Source: Candidatus Omnitrophota bacterium (GTDB taxonomy: Bacteria; Omnitrophota; Gorgyraeia; Zapsychrales; Fredricksoniimonadaceae). Taken from it: a stretch of 64,000 nucleotides of DNA. Below the pieces are notes generated by a model. The model did no database searches, was not told where the DNA came from, and saw nothing but the letters and a program-made list of their open reading frames with translations. Location of the stretch: the NCBI GenBank assembly GCA_903836515.1, contig CAILQW010000038.1, positions 8,942-72,941 on the forward strand, written 5' to 3'. The first letter of the stretch is position 1. Each line of letters begins with the position of its first letter. The translations under genes were made by a program, and so were the position numbers. Shown piece after piece: positions 9,731 to 18,361 of the stretch.

Positions 9731-10933
9731 ATGGCCAGAAAGATAAAGAACAATGTGGACTGGGTGGGTAAGGTGGACTGGGAACTGCGCATGTTCCATG
9801 GCGATGAGCTGTCGACCCATTATGGTTCGACGTATAATTCCTATTTGATCCGGGAAGCAAAAACGGTCCTTATTGACACGGTGTGGAGCCCGTTCTCCGA
9901 TGAGTTTATCCGGGAGCTGGCGCAGACCGTGGATCTGAAGAAGATCGATGCGGTGGTGGTCAATCATGCCGAGATCGACCACAGCGGGGCGCTGAAGGAT
10001 CTCCTTGATCTTATCCCCGGCGTTCCGGTCTATTGCACTCCCAATGGCGTTAAATCTCTCAAGGGGCATTTCCATCAGGACTGGAATTTCAAACCTGTGC
10101 GCACCGGGGACACCCTGGATATCGGCAACGGCAAGAAACTGGTTTTTATCGAAGCGGCCATGCTGCATTGGCCCGACACGATGTTCACCTATCTCACGGG
10201 CGACAATATCCTTTTCTCCAACGATGCTTTCGGTCAGCATCTAGCCACAGACAAAATATGGGCTGACCTGGTGGATCCCTGGATCCTTTGGGAAGAGGAC
10301 ATGAAGTATTATGCCAATATCATCGCGCCCTGGAGCAAGTTGGTGGACGCCAAGATCAGGGAACTTAAGGCCCTGAACCTGCCCATCGATATGATCTGCA
10401 CCAGCCATGGCGCGTCATGGCGCGGGGCGGATGTGCCCAGGGCGATCGATAAGTATGCCGCCTGGTCCAATGCCTATCAGGAAAACCGGATCTCTATTGT
10501 GTATGACACCATCTGGGGCGGTACGCGTGTGATGGCCGATGAGATCGCCAAGGGGATCCGCCTGGCCGACGGGGATGTGACGGTCAATGTGATGAACCTC
10601 GCCAAGTCGGATAAAAACGACGTGGCCACCGAGGTATTCCGTTCCAAGGCCGTTCTGGTCGGATCGCCGTCGCATAACAAATGTGCGCTTTCGTCTGTCG
10701 GCGCTTTTTTAGAGGAGATGCGTGGGCTGGCCTTCAAGGGCAAGAAAGCCGCGGCCTTTGGGTGTTACGGCTGGTCGGGCGAGGGGCAGAAACGTTTGAA
10801 CCATACGCTTGAGGAGATCGGTTTTCAGGTCGTCGACGATGGTATTACGAATTTATGGGAACCGGATGAAGCCGCTATGGTGCGTTTCCAGGAATATGGC
10901 CGGTCTTTTGTTAATAAATTGGCGCTTGTTTAG
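9731..10933 (+). CDS. Flavodiiron protein (FprA-type: metallo-beta-lactamase-like diiron domain + flavodoxin domain), O2/NO reductase
   Basis: HAEIDHSGAL diiron motif region and C-terminal flavodoxin (VLVGSPSHNK). 400 aa. Confidence 0.85.
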   Translation: MARKIKNNVDWVGKVDWELRMFHGDELSTHYGSTYNSYLIREAKTVLIDTVWSPFSDEFIRELAQTVDLKKIDAVVVNHAEIDHSGALKDLLDLIPGVPVYCTPNGVKSLKGHFHQDWNFKPVRTGDTLDIGNGKKLVFIEAAMLHWPDTMFTYLTGDNILFSNDAFGQHLATDKIWADLVDPWILWEEDMKYYANIIAPWSKLVDAKIRELKALNLPIDMICTSHGASWRGADVPRAIDKYAAWSNAYQENRISIVYDTIWGGTRVMADEIAKGIRLADGDVTVNVMNLAKSDKNDVATEVFRSKAVLVGSPSHNKCALSSVGAFLEEMRGLAFKGKKAAAFGCYGWSGEGQKRLNHTLEEIGFQVVDDGITNLWEPDEAAMVRFQEYGRSFVNKLALV

Positions 10934-11085
10934 CGCCTGAAACTTTTTCGCCTGCCTTATCGCGCCACCCTTCCGGCTTCTCTCGGGGCTTCAAGCGCCC
11001 CTCGTTCCAGGCGGAAAGGCACCCGGCGCTTGGCGCGGCGAAAACACAGGGCGCTCAACATGTTCATCAACGGTAAGGAGCCGGC

Positions 11086-11625
11086 ATGTCGGATACAGCA
11101 CAGGAAAAATGGATCAAATGGGTGGGGTTGACCACAACGATTTTGGCCGTGTGCGCGGCCATCGGATCGCTCAAGGGCGGCGGGTATTCGACAAAAGTCG
11201 GACTTCTGACGACCCAGGAAAGCAACAAGTGGTCTTATTTTCAGTCCAAGAGCATCAAGCAGAGCCTGATGGAGACCAAGCGCGATATGTTTGAGCTGGA
11301 GCTGTTGAAAGATCCAGCCCCCCTGGTCAAGGCGGAGCTTGAGAAAAAGATCCAGGCGGCGGACGGGAATATCGGGCGGTATGACAAGGAAAAGGCCGAT
11401 ATCAAGGCTGAGGCGGAGAAGTTGAACGTCGAACAGTCGGCGTTGAAGCTTCACGGCGGGAATTTCGGGATGGCGGTGATGTTTTTCCAGATCGCCATCA
11501 TGCTTTCGGCCATCGGGTCTTTGTTGAAGAAAAGATACGCGTGGGTCATCGGTGTGGTGCTGGGCGTCATCGGCCTGGTGTATTTCGTGAACGGATTTTT
11601 CACCTTCTTTAATTTGATGTTGTAA
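11086..11625 (+). CDS. DUF4337-like membrane protein (N-terminal TM, coiled coil, C-terminal TMs)
   Basis: AGGAG RBS. Architecture and motifs (KWSYFQSKSIKQ...) resemble DUF4337. Confidence 0.45.
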   Translation: MSDTAQEKWIKWVGLTTTILAVCAAIGSLKGGGYSTKVGLLTTQESNKWSYFQSKSIKQSLMETKRDMFELELLKDPAPLVKAELEKKIQAADGNIGRYDKEKADIKAEAEKLNVEQSALKLHGGNFGMAVMFFQIAIMLSAIGSLLKKRYAWVIGVVLGVIGLVYFVNGFFTFFNLML

Positions 11626-11974
11626 GGCGAAGAGGCCGGACAAGCCAGACATCGTTCAATTAAAAGCGATTCGGGTGCGATTACATGAAGAAGAACGTGA
11701 AAAAAGAAAGTCTTCGCGGAAGGCATGAGGTTTACGAACACCTGGATGCTTTTATGAGGCTCAGTTATACGGAGCGCGGGCAGTGGCTCGGTGAGGCCAT
11801 GGCGTTAGTGGACGCGGTTGCGGCTGGACGTGCCGGGCGGAGGAGATCCTGAGCAACGCGGGATAATCCCGGCTTTTCTGGACGATGGTCATCACCTTTG
11901 ACGCATTGAACATTGTTATCCTCAGGACATTGTTATTCTCTCCCTTGTTTTTCCGTTCCCCCATCAGGTATGCT

Positions 11975-12009
11975 TGAAATGTGCGATGGCATACATTTCA
12001 CACATTTCA
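11975..12009. promoter_or_regulatory. Candidate operator: 9-bp perfect inverted repeat TGAAATGTG-N17-CACATTTCA overlapping the 5' end of the AbrB-family gene. An extra ACATTTCA half-site lies at 11993-12000.
   Basis: Read directly from the sequence. An upstream direct repeat CATTGTTAT occurs twice (11911-11919, 11928-11936). Confidence 0.35.
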
Positions 12010-12025
12010 GAGAAAGAGGCAGGGT

Positions 12026-12283
12026 ATGATGACCATTTTCAAGGGTAAGGCGTACGGGTCGGTCAATGTCGGGGAGCGCGGGCAGATCGTGATCCCGGCA
12101 CATCTTCGCAAAGAGCTGAATATCAAGCCCGGCGAACAACTGATGATCTTTGCCGATCATGAGAAGAAGATCATCAGCATGATGCATGTGCGGGATTTCA
12201 GCGCCCTGTTGGAGCGCGCCGGACGGGTGATCAGCAAGCTTGAAGAACACATGCCTGCGGAACAGAAAGTCTCGAGGAAATGA
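12026..12283 (+). CDS. AbrB/MazE/SpoVT-family DNA-binding protein (swapped-hairpin fold), putative regulator of the downstream efflux operon
   Basis: GERGQIVIPAHLRKELNIKPGEQL is the looped-hinge helix signature. M16 of ORF 11981. Stop overlaps the TolC start. Confidence 0.65.
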   Translation: MMTIFKGKAYGSVNVGERGQIVIPAHLRKELNIKPGEQLMIFADHEKKIISMMHVRDFSALLERAGRVISKLEEHMPAEQKVSRK

Positions 12284-13617
12284 CGATGCGCTATCCGTTA
12301 TATGTCGTGGCCGTGATGATTTTTATGCTCGCACCTTGTCCCCGGGTATCAGCCGCGCATGCCCTGACGCTGCAGGAGGCCCTGGAGCGTGTGGCGGGAA
12401 ACGGCCGTGATGTGCGCATGGCCCGTGCAGCCTGGGGGACTGCACAGGCCCAGGCGGCCGCGGCACGCGCCCCGCTCTTCCCTCAGGTGTCAGCCGGTGT
12501 TTCCAGGAATTATTATGCCTACCAGCCGGCGTCGATCTTGGGCGGCAGCAAGATTTTTACAGCTGAAAAGTCTTTTTTTGCCTATGGCGTGAATGTGCAT
12601 CAAACGCTTTTTGATTTCGGGGCGTCCCAAGCCAGGCATCAGGCGGCCATGGCCCAGGCCAGGGCCGCGCAAGATGACGCCGTGTACGTAAGGAATCGCG
12701 CGGCGCTGGAGCTTGTCGGTGTGTATTTTGACGTCCTGGAAGCGCAACGCATGATCGGGGTGGCCAGGGAACAACTCTCCAGCCTGGCGCGTCACGCCAG
12801 GGATGTGACGGTACTCTACCGGGAAGGGGTCGTCACACGCAATGAACTTTTGGCGGTCAAGGTGCGTTTTAACGAGGCGCGGCAAAAACTTGTGGCGGCC
12901 CGCAACGGGCAGAGGACAGCGACCGCGCGTCTAAGAGAACTGTTGCTCCTGCCGGACCAGGAGCCTTTGGCCCTGGAAGATCCACAGGTGTCCGCACGTC
13001 CGGGGGTGACTCTTAAAAAAGCCCAGGAGTTCGCCATGCTGTCACGGCCTGAATTGCGGGCCATGGACAAGGCTGTTCAGGCGGCAGAGTGGCATGAGGA
13101 ATTTTTCCGGGCATCGGATCGTCCTTCCCTGTTTGCGGATGGCGCCTACACCCGGATGGATAACCGGTATCAGGCGCGTGATGACAACTGGCAGGGGCAG
13201 GTGGGGGTGAAGATCAGCGTGTTTAACGGCGGGTTGACCCGGGCAGAGATCGATAGCGCCCGTCAGGATAAGGAACGTGTTCTTGAAGAGCGCCGCAAAC
13301 TTGTTGACCAGATCCGTTTTGAGGTTGAGACAGCTATGCTGGATATGGATAATGCCACAGAACGCATGGTGCTGGCCCGTTCCGGCGCGTCACAGGCACA
13401 GGAAAATGTGCGCGTGACGGCGGCCCGTTACCGTGAGGGAGCCGGAACATCGTCGGATGTGCTCGACGCGGTGGCCCTGCGCGCGGGGGCGGAGACGGAA
13501 TTGTGGCGCGGCACGTATGAACTTAAACGTTCCTATGCGCGATGGCTGAACGCGACAGGAACGGATCTTGCAGCGGGATATTTGACCAGGGAGGCTGTTC
13601 ATGAGATATCTGAATAG
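12280..13617 (+). CDS. TolC-family outer membrane efflux protein
   Basis: Signal peptide, ~445 aa, two repeat halves with the TolC/OprM pattern. Confidence 0.8.
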   Translation: MTMRYPLYVVAVMIFMLAPCPRVSAAHALTLQEALERVAGNGRDVRMARAAWGTAQAQAAAARAPLFPQVSAGVSRNYYAYQPASILGGSKIFTAEKSFFAYGVNVHQTLFDFGASQARHQAAMAQARAAQDDAVYVRNRAALELVGVYFDVLEAQRMIGVAREQLSSLARHARDVTVLYREGVVTRNELLAVKVRFNEARQKLVAARNGQRTATARLRELLLLPDQEPLALEDPQVSARPGVTLKKAQEFAMLSRPELRAMDKAVQAAEWHEEFFRASDRPSLFADGAYTRMDNRYQARDDNWQGQVGVKISVFNGGLTRAEIDSARQDKERVLEERRKLVDQIRFEVETAMLDMDNATERMVLARSGASQAQENVRVTAARYREGAGTSSDVLDAVALRAGAETELWRGTYELKRSYARWLNATGTDLAAGYLTREAVHEISE

Positions 13618-14599
13618 ATGGGGAAAGAGCGCTGCCGGCATGGCAGGGGGTGTCATCCTGGCGGTTGTTGTAGCCGCCGGAGTGGTGCATATGATCGCCA
13701 GCCGTGCGTATGTGACGACAGATGATGCCTATGTCGATGGCCGGGTCCATGCCATATCGGCCAAAATAGGCGGGATGGTCAAGGATGTTGTGGTCACGGA
13801 TAATCAGGCGGTTAAAAAAGGGGATGTTCTGGTGGAGATCGATCCGGCCGATTATGATGTCCGGGTGTGTGAGGCGGAAGCGGTGCTTGCTGCGGAAGAA
13901 GCCCGCCTGGTCGAAGCCCGGGAGAAGATTTCCGGGGCGCAGGCGCTCTTCACGGTCAAGGCGGTGGCGTGCCGGCAGGCGGTGATGGACAAAACCCGCG
14001 CCGGGCGTCTTTTCACCCAGGGAGTGCTGGCCAAGGAGAAACTGGAAAAGGCGCAGACCGCCCTGGATCTGGCCCGGGCAGAACTGGTGTCGGCCGGACA
14101 AGGTGTGGTGCAGGCGCGTGCGGCGCGTCAGCTGGCGGAAGCGCTTGTGGCCACCCGTAAGGCGCCGCTGGAAGCGGCCCGGCTTAATCGGGGATATACC
14201 CGGATCTTCGCACCGGCGGACGGATTTGTAACGAAGAAATCTGTCGAAACGGGGAATATGATCCAGTCCGGCCAGCCGCTCATGGCCGTGGTCGCGCTGG
14301 ATGATGTCTGGGTTACGGCTAATTTCAAGGAGACCCAGCTGGAGCGGGTGCAGGCGGGCATGGATGTTACGATCAAGGTGGATACGTATCCCGGGCATTC
14401 TTTCAGCGGCAAGGTGGAAAGCCTGATGGCCGGCACAGGGTCCGCCTTCTCGCTTTTTCCGCCGGAGAATGCCCTGGGTAATTATGTGAAAATCGTTCAG
14501 CGCATACCTGTCAGGATCAGGCTCGACAAAGCAACGGATCCCGGGCATTTGCTACGGGTAGGGATGTCGGTCGTCGCCAAGATCAGGATCAGGGAGTGA
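13601..14599 (+). CDS. emrA: HlyD/EmrA-family membrane fusion protein
   Basis: N-terminal TM, biotinyl-lipoyl-like hairpin, coiled coil, and beta-barrel domain motifs (TANFKETQL..., VKIVQRIPVRI). Confidence 0.85.
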   Translation: MRYLNRWGKSAAGMAGGVILAVVVAAGVVHMIASRAYVTTDDAYVDGRVHAISAKIGGMVKDVVVTDNQAVKKGDVLVEIDPADYDVRVCEAEAVLAAEEARLVEAREKISGAQALFTVKAVACRQAVMDKTRAGRLFTQGVLAKEKLEKAQTALDLARAELVSAGQGVVQARAARQLAEALVATRKAPLEAARLNRGYTRIFAPADGFVTKKSVETGNMIQSGQPLMAVVALDDVWVTANFKETQLERVQAGMDVTIKVDTYPGHSFSGKVESLMAGTGSAFSLFPPENALGNYVKIVQRIPVRIRLDKATDPGHLLRVGMSVVAKIRIRE

Positions 14600-14605
14600 G
14601 GCGGC

Positions 14606-16159
14606 ATGGGCGTTCCGGGCTCTGTCAATAAATGGATCATTGCGGCGGTGGTGATCATTCCCACGTTCATCGAGGTGGTGGATACCTCCGTGGTGAATGT
14701 GGCGCTCGACCATATCCGCGGCAGTTTGTCCGCAGGGGTGGATGAGGCGACGTGGGCGATCACATCCTATCTTGTGTCCAATGCGATCATTATCCCGCTC
14801 ACCGGCTGGCTCGCACGGGTTTTCGGGCGCAAACGCTACCTTCTTTTTTCGATCGCGCTTTTTACCGTGAGCTCCCTCTTTTGCGGGATGGCGTGGAGCC
14901 TCTCGAGCCTGATCTTTTTCCGTGTCCTGCAGGGCATCGGCGGCGGGGCGCTTCAGCCCATTTCGCAGACGATCCTCCTTGAAACATTCCCGCCCAAAGA
15001 ACACGGCATGGCCATGGCGGTTTTCGGGATCGGGGTCATCTTCGCGCCTATCCTCGGCCCCATCCTGGGTGGGTGGATCACGGATAACTGGTCGTGGAAC
15101 TGGATCTTTTTCATCAATATCCCCATCGGCATCCTTTCCATGGCCCTGATCTATGTTTTCATCAAGGATCCGCCTTACCTTAAGCGCGTGTCCCTCAACC
15201 GCATCGATTACTGGGGTCTTATATTGCTCAGCCTGGGACTGGGGAGCCTGCAGATCGTGCTCGACAAAGGGCAGCAGGAGGACTGGTTCAATTCCTCCTT
15301 TATTCTTCTTTTGGCAGGGATTTCGGCCGCGGCGCTCATCCTTTTTATGATCGTGGAGCTTCGGGGCAAGGAGCCGGTGGTCAATCTGCGCGTGTTCCGC
15401 AATCATGCGTTTGCCTCCGGCAACGCGATCATGTTCATGACATTCTTTGTGCTTTTCGGGACGATCGTGGCCATGCCTATCTTTATGCAGAAACTTTTGG
15501 GGTATAACGCGTATTGGGCTGGCCTGGCGCTCGCCACGGGCGGTTTTTCCATGGTCATTGTGATGCCCATCGTTGGAAAACTTGTTACAAAAATCAGCCC
15601 CAAGGCCATACTCTTTGTCGGGCTTTGCCTGTTCGCGTATTCCACATGGATCCTGACGGCCGTGACGCTCAACAGTTCGTTTGAATTTCTCGTATGGGCG
15701 CGTGTGGTGATGGGGCTGGGGCTCGGGCTTGTGTTCATCACGCTCACCAACCTGACATTATCGAGTGTGCCCAAGGAGGAGATGGGCAATGCCACGGCTG
15801 TGTATAATCTTTTGCGCAACCTGGGGGGAAGTTTTGGCGTGGCGTTTATGACGACGGTGATCGCCCGCCGTTCGCAGTACCACCAGGCGCGCTACCTGGA
15901 GCAGGCCAATCCGTATGATCCCAATTACCAGCAGGCCGTGGCGCATCTTTCGGCCATGCCGCAGGCCCATGCCATGGGCGATGCATCCGTGCCGTTGGCG
16001 GCCAAGGCTGTGATCTATCAGAAAGCCATGGCCCAGGCGAGCCTGTTCTCGTTTGTCGATGCGTTTTACCTGTGTACTATTCTGCTCATCGTGATCATTC
16101 CTTTTTTGTTTTTTCTGCGGCGTCCCAAATATCTTGCCGAGCCTGTTGCGGGGCATTAG
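14606..16159 (+). CDS. emrB: DHA2 (EmrB/QacA) 14-TM MFS drug efflux transporter
   Basis: MFS motifs (GRKR, ILGPILGGW), ~517 aa, 14 predicted TMs. Confidence 0.85.
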   Translation: MGVPGSVNKWIIAAVVIIPTFIEVVDTSVVNVALDHIRGSLSAGVDEATWAITSYLVSNAIIIPLTGWLARVFGRKRYLLFSIALFTVSSLFCGMAWSLSSLIFFRVLQGIGGGALQPISQTILLETFPPKEHGMAMAVFGIGVIFAPILGPILGGWITDNWSWNWIFFINIPIGILSMALIYVFIKDPPYLKRVSLNRIDYWGLILLSLGLGSLQIVLDKGQQEDWFNSSFILLLAGISAAALILFMIVELRGKEPVVNLRVFRNHAFASGNAIMFMTFFVLFGTIVAMPIFMQKLLGYNAYWAGLALATGGFSMVIVMPIVGKLVTKISPKAILFVGLCLFAYSTWILTAVTLNSSFEFLVWARVVMGLGLGLVFITLTNLTLSSVPKEEMGNATAVYNLLRNLGGSFGVAFMTTVIARRSQYHQARYLEQANPYDPNYQQAVAHLSAMPQAHAMGDASVPLAAKAVIYQKAMAQASLFSFVDAFYLCTILLIVIIPFLFFLRRPKYLAEPVAGH

Positions 16160-16239
16160 GGAGAAGCAGTACTGTTCAAATTAAGTGTAGGGACCGAGCT
16201 TGCCTGCCTGCCGGTAGACAGGTCTCGGCCCGTTTCGTC

Positions 16240-16260
16240 GGGCGGACACAAGGTCCGCCC
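16240..16260 (+). terminator. Strong hairpin GGGCGGAC-acaag-GTCCGCCC after emrB (weak T-tract); possible terminator or RNA stabiliser
   Basis: 8-bp GC stem 80 nt after the emrB stop. The T-run is poor (CTTTTGTCTT). Confidence 0.3.
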
Positions 16261-16435
16261 CTACGCATAACTTTTGTCTTAACGAGCGTTTATCGATGAA
16301 ACATGCCGCCAGGCTTTGACAACAACGCATTGATTAAGGGTTGATCGGGCCATGGGCACCATGTCCCAGGTAAGGCGGAAAATTATTGGTTTTTTTTATC
16401 TCTGGCGTTAAGATAGCTGCGGTCAGGAGGTTGTC

Positions 16436-17716
16436 ATGAGATCCCTTCGCATCATCATGGTTATTGTTGCGGCCCTTGTCATGTCCGCAGGGGTCTGTGC
16501 CGCTTTTATTTTGTTTACGCCCAAAGGGGCTGACCTGGTGGTACGTTTCGGGGTCAACCGTATCTTTGGACCGGGAAATGTTTCTTCCGAGCGCCTCGAA
16601 GGATCGCTGGCGGGCGGCATCCGTGTGTTTAATATGGAAGTCCGCCGTCTTTTTCTTTTGCCCGAGGGCAGTGTGATCCGCGTCCAGGAGCTTGATGTGC
16701 ATCTGGTCAGGCCGGCGCTGGATGGCCTGGAGACTGGGGTTGTGAATGCGCGGCTGATCCTGCCCAAAGCCGATAACCTTGTTGTCAATGCCACCTTGCA
16801 CAACGGCCGTTATGATGCCAACGCGTATTCCCGCAGCCTTGATCTGGCCGGACTGCGGTCGGTGATCCGGCATTTCAGGAATTTTCCTCTGTTGCAGGGG
16901 GAGCTCAGGGACCTTGATCTGGCCCTTACCGGAGATCTTTCCCGCCCTGTCCTCCAGGGTGTCTTTACCGTGGACCATATTCCCAATAATGCTTTTGTCC
17001 TTTACGATGCGGCTGTGACCTGCGATCTTTATTTCCAGCGCAGGGGTATGTTCTGGGAAACATACGGGAAATTACTCATTCACCGCGGTGCGTTGAAAAC
17101 GCCGCACTCGGTGGTGCATCTGGGGGAAAGTCGCCTGATCTTTTCAGGGGACCCGCTTGATCCTGACCTGGATATCCATGCCACCTCCGTGATCGCCCGC
17201 ACGCGCATCGATATCATGGTACGCGGAAAGCGCAAGGACCCCAAGATAAGCCTGACGTCGGATCCGGCCCTTTCCCAGGAACAGCTTCTGTTGATGCTGA
17301 CCACCGGCAAGCGCTGGGACGGCATTGACATGGCCATGACCACGCACAGGATGACCCCGGAACTCGCCGGAGATTTTGTGGATTATTTTTTCTTTGGAAA
17401 ATCGGGGGCGCGTATCGCGCGGATGCTTGGCCTGTCGGAAATCTCCTATAAACTGGACGAGACGGTGCAGGGCATCACCCTCAACAAGGATTTGACCGAC
17501 CGGCTGGATGTGGGCTATGGGGTCGAGATCGGCACGTCGGGAGAACAGCGCCAGCGTGAATTGACGCAGAAAGTGGAGAGCGAGTATCGTGTCAGCACGC
17601 ATGTGACCATCGGCGCGCAGAAGGAGATCGTTCCGCCCGCGCCCCTGGGGGCTGATGCGGCATCGCGCAAGATCCCCGATGATCGGGTTTTCCTCAGGTA
17701 TCGCGGTACGTTCTGA
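16436..17716 (+). CDS. TamB-like protein (short form: N-terminal signal-anchor + DUF490 C-terminal domain)
   Basis: N-terminal hydrophobic anchor. ISLTSDPALSQEQLLLMLTTGKRW matches the conserved DUF490/TamB C-terminal motif. Confidence 0.5.
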   Translation: MRSLRIIMVIVAALVMSAGVCAAFILFTPKGADLVVRFGVNRIFGPGNVSSERLEGSLAGGIRVFNMEVRRLFLLPEGSVIRVQELDVHLVRPALDGLETGVVNARLILPKADNLVVNATLHNGRYDANAYSRSLDLAGLRSVIRHFRNFPLLQGELRDLDLALTGDLSRPVLQGVFTVDHIPNNAFVLYDAAVTCDLYFQRRGMFWETYGKLLIHRGALKTPHSVVHLGESRLIFSGDPLDPDLDIHATSVIARTRIDIMVRGKRKDPKISLTSDPALSQEQLLLMLTTGKRWDGIDMAMTTHRMTPELAGDFVDYFFFGKSGARIARMLGLSEISYKLDETVQGITLNKDLTDRLDVGYGVEIGTSGEQRQRELTQKVESEYRVSTHVTIGAQKEIVPPAPLGADAASRKIPDDRVFLRYRGTF

Positions 17717-17782
17717 GGGCGTGAATGGATTTTTGTTTTTCACCTTGCCATCCCGGCTGCCGGGGGGTAATCTAGCGGCACC

Positions 17783-18361
17783 ATGACACACACGCTTCCA
17801 CCACAACTCGCACATCTTATTTCTTCTTACGGGGATCTTGGTATTTTTGCGGCCATGTTCCTGGAGTCGTCGATCATCCCTATTCCTTCGGAAGTGGTGA
17901 TCGCGGCGGCGGGGGCCGTCGGGCTGCCCTTGATGTCGATCATGGTCTTCGGGGCGCTTGGTTCGACGGTGGGTGCGGCGGTCGGTTACGCGATAGGGCG
18001 TTACGCGGGGCTTCCGGTGATCCTCAAGCTGGGTAAATATATTTTTATTACACCCCAGCGCATGGCCAAGGCGGAAGCATTTTCCTGCCGTTACGGGGTC
18101 TGGGGTGTTCTTCTGGGACGGCTTATCCCGATCATCCCTTTCAAGGTCTTTTCGATCGCCTCAGGGATCACCAGGATCCCGTTTCTGCCTTTTATCGCCT
18201 GCACGTTCATCGGGGTCGTACCGCGGCTTTATCTGCTGGCCATCTTCGGTGTTGTCTTGGTCAAGTTCACCAAGATCTGCATGATCGTTCTTGCCGCCGC
18301 CGCGCTGGTTTGGCTTGCGGTCCTGTTTATCCGCAGGATATTTTCCAAAAAACAAGTTTAG
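17783..18361 (+). CDS. DedA/SNARE-associated (TVP38) family membrane protein
   Basis: YGDLGIFAAMFLESSIIPIPSEVV and the G-x3-G motif typical of DedA. Confidence 0.8.
   Translation: MTHTLPPQLAHLISSYGDLGIFAAMFLESSIIPIPSEVVIAAAGAVGLPLMSIMVFGALGSTVGAAVGYAIGRYAGLPVILKLGKYIFITPQRMAKAEAFSCRYGVWGVLLGRLIPIIPFKVFSIASGITRIPFLPFIACTFIGVVPRLYLLAIFGVVLVKFTKICMIVLAAAALVWLAVLFIRRIFSKKQV

Noticed and set aside
10957-11652. 231-aa minus-strand ORF overlapping the DUF4337 gene
   Set aside because: It is antisense to a gene with a good RBS and TM/coiled-coil architecture. Low-complexity His/Arg-rich translation.
18358-18361. 4-nt overlap of convergent dedA and sulP stop codons as a potential regulatory antisense arrangement
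   Set aside because: This is simply tail-to-tail gene packing. No hairpin or other signal suggests a specific regulatory function.
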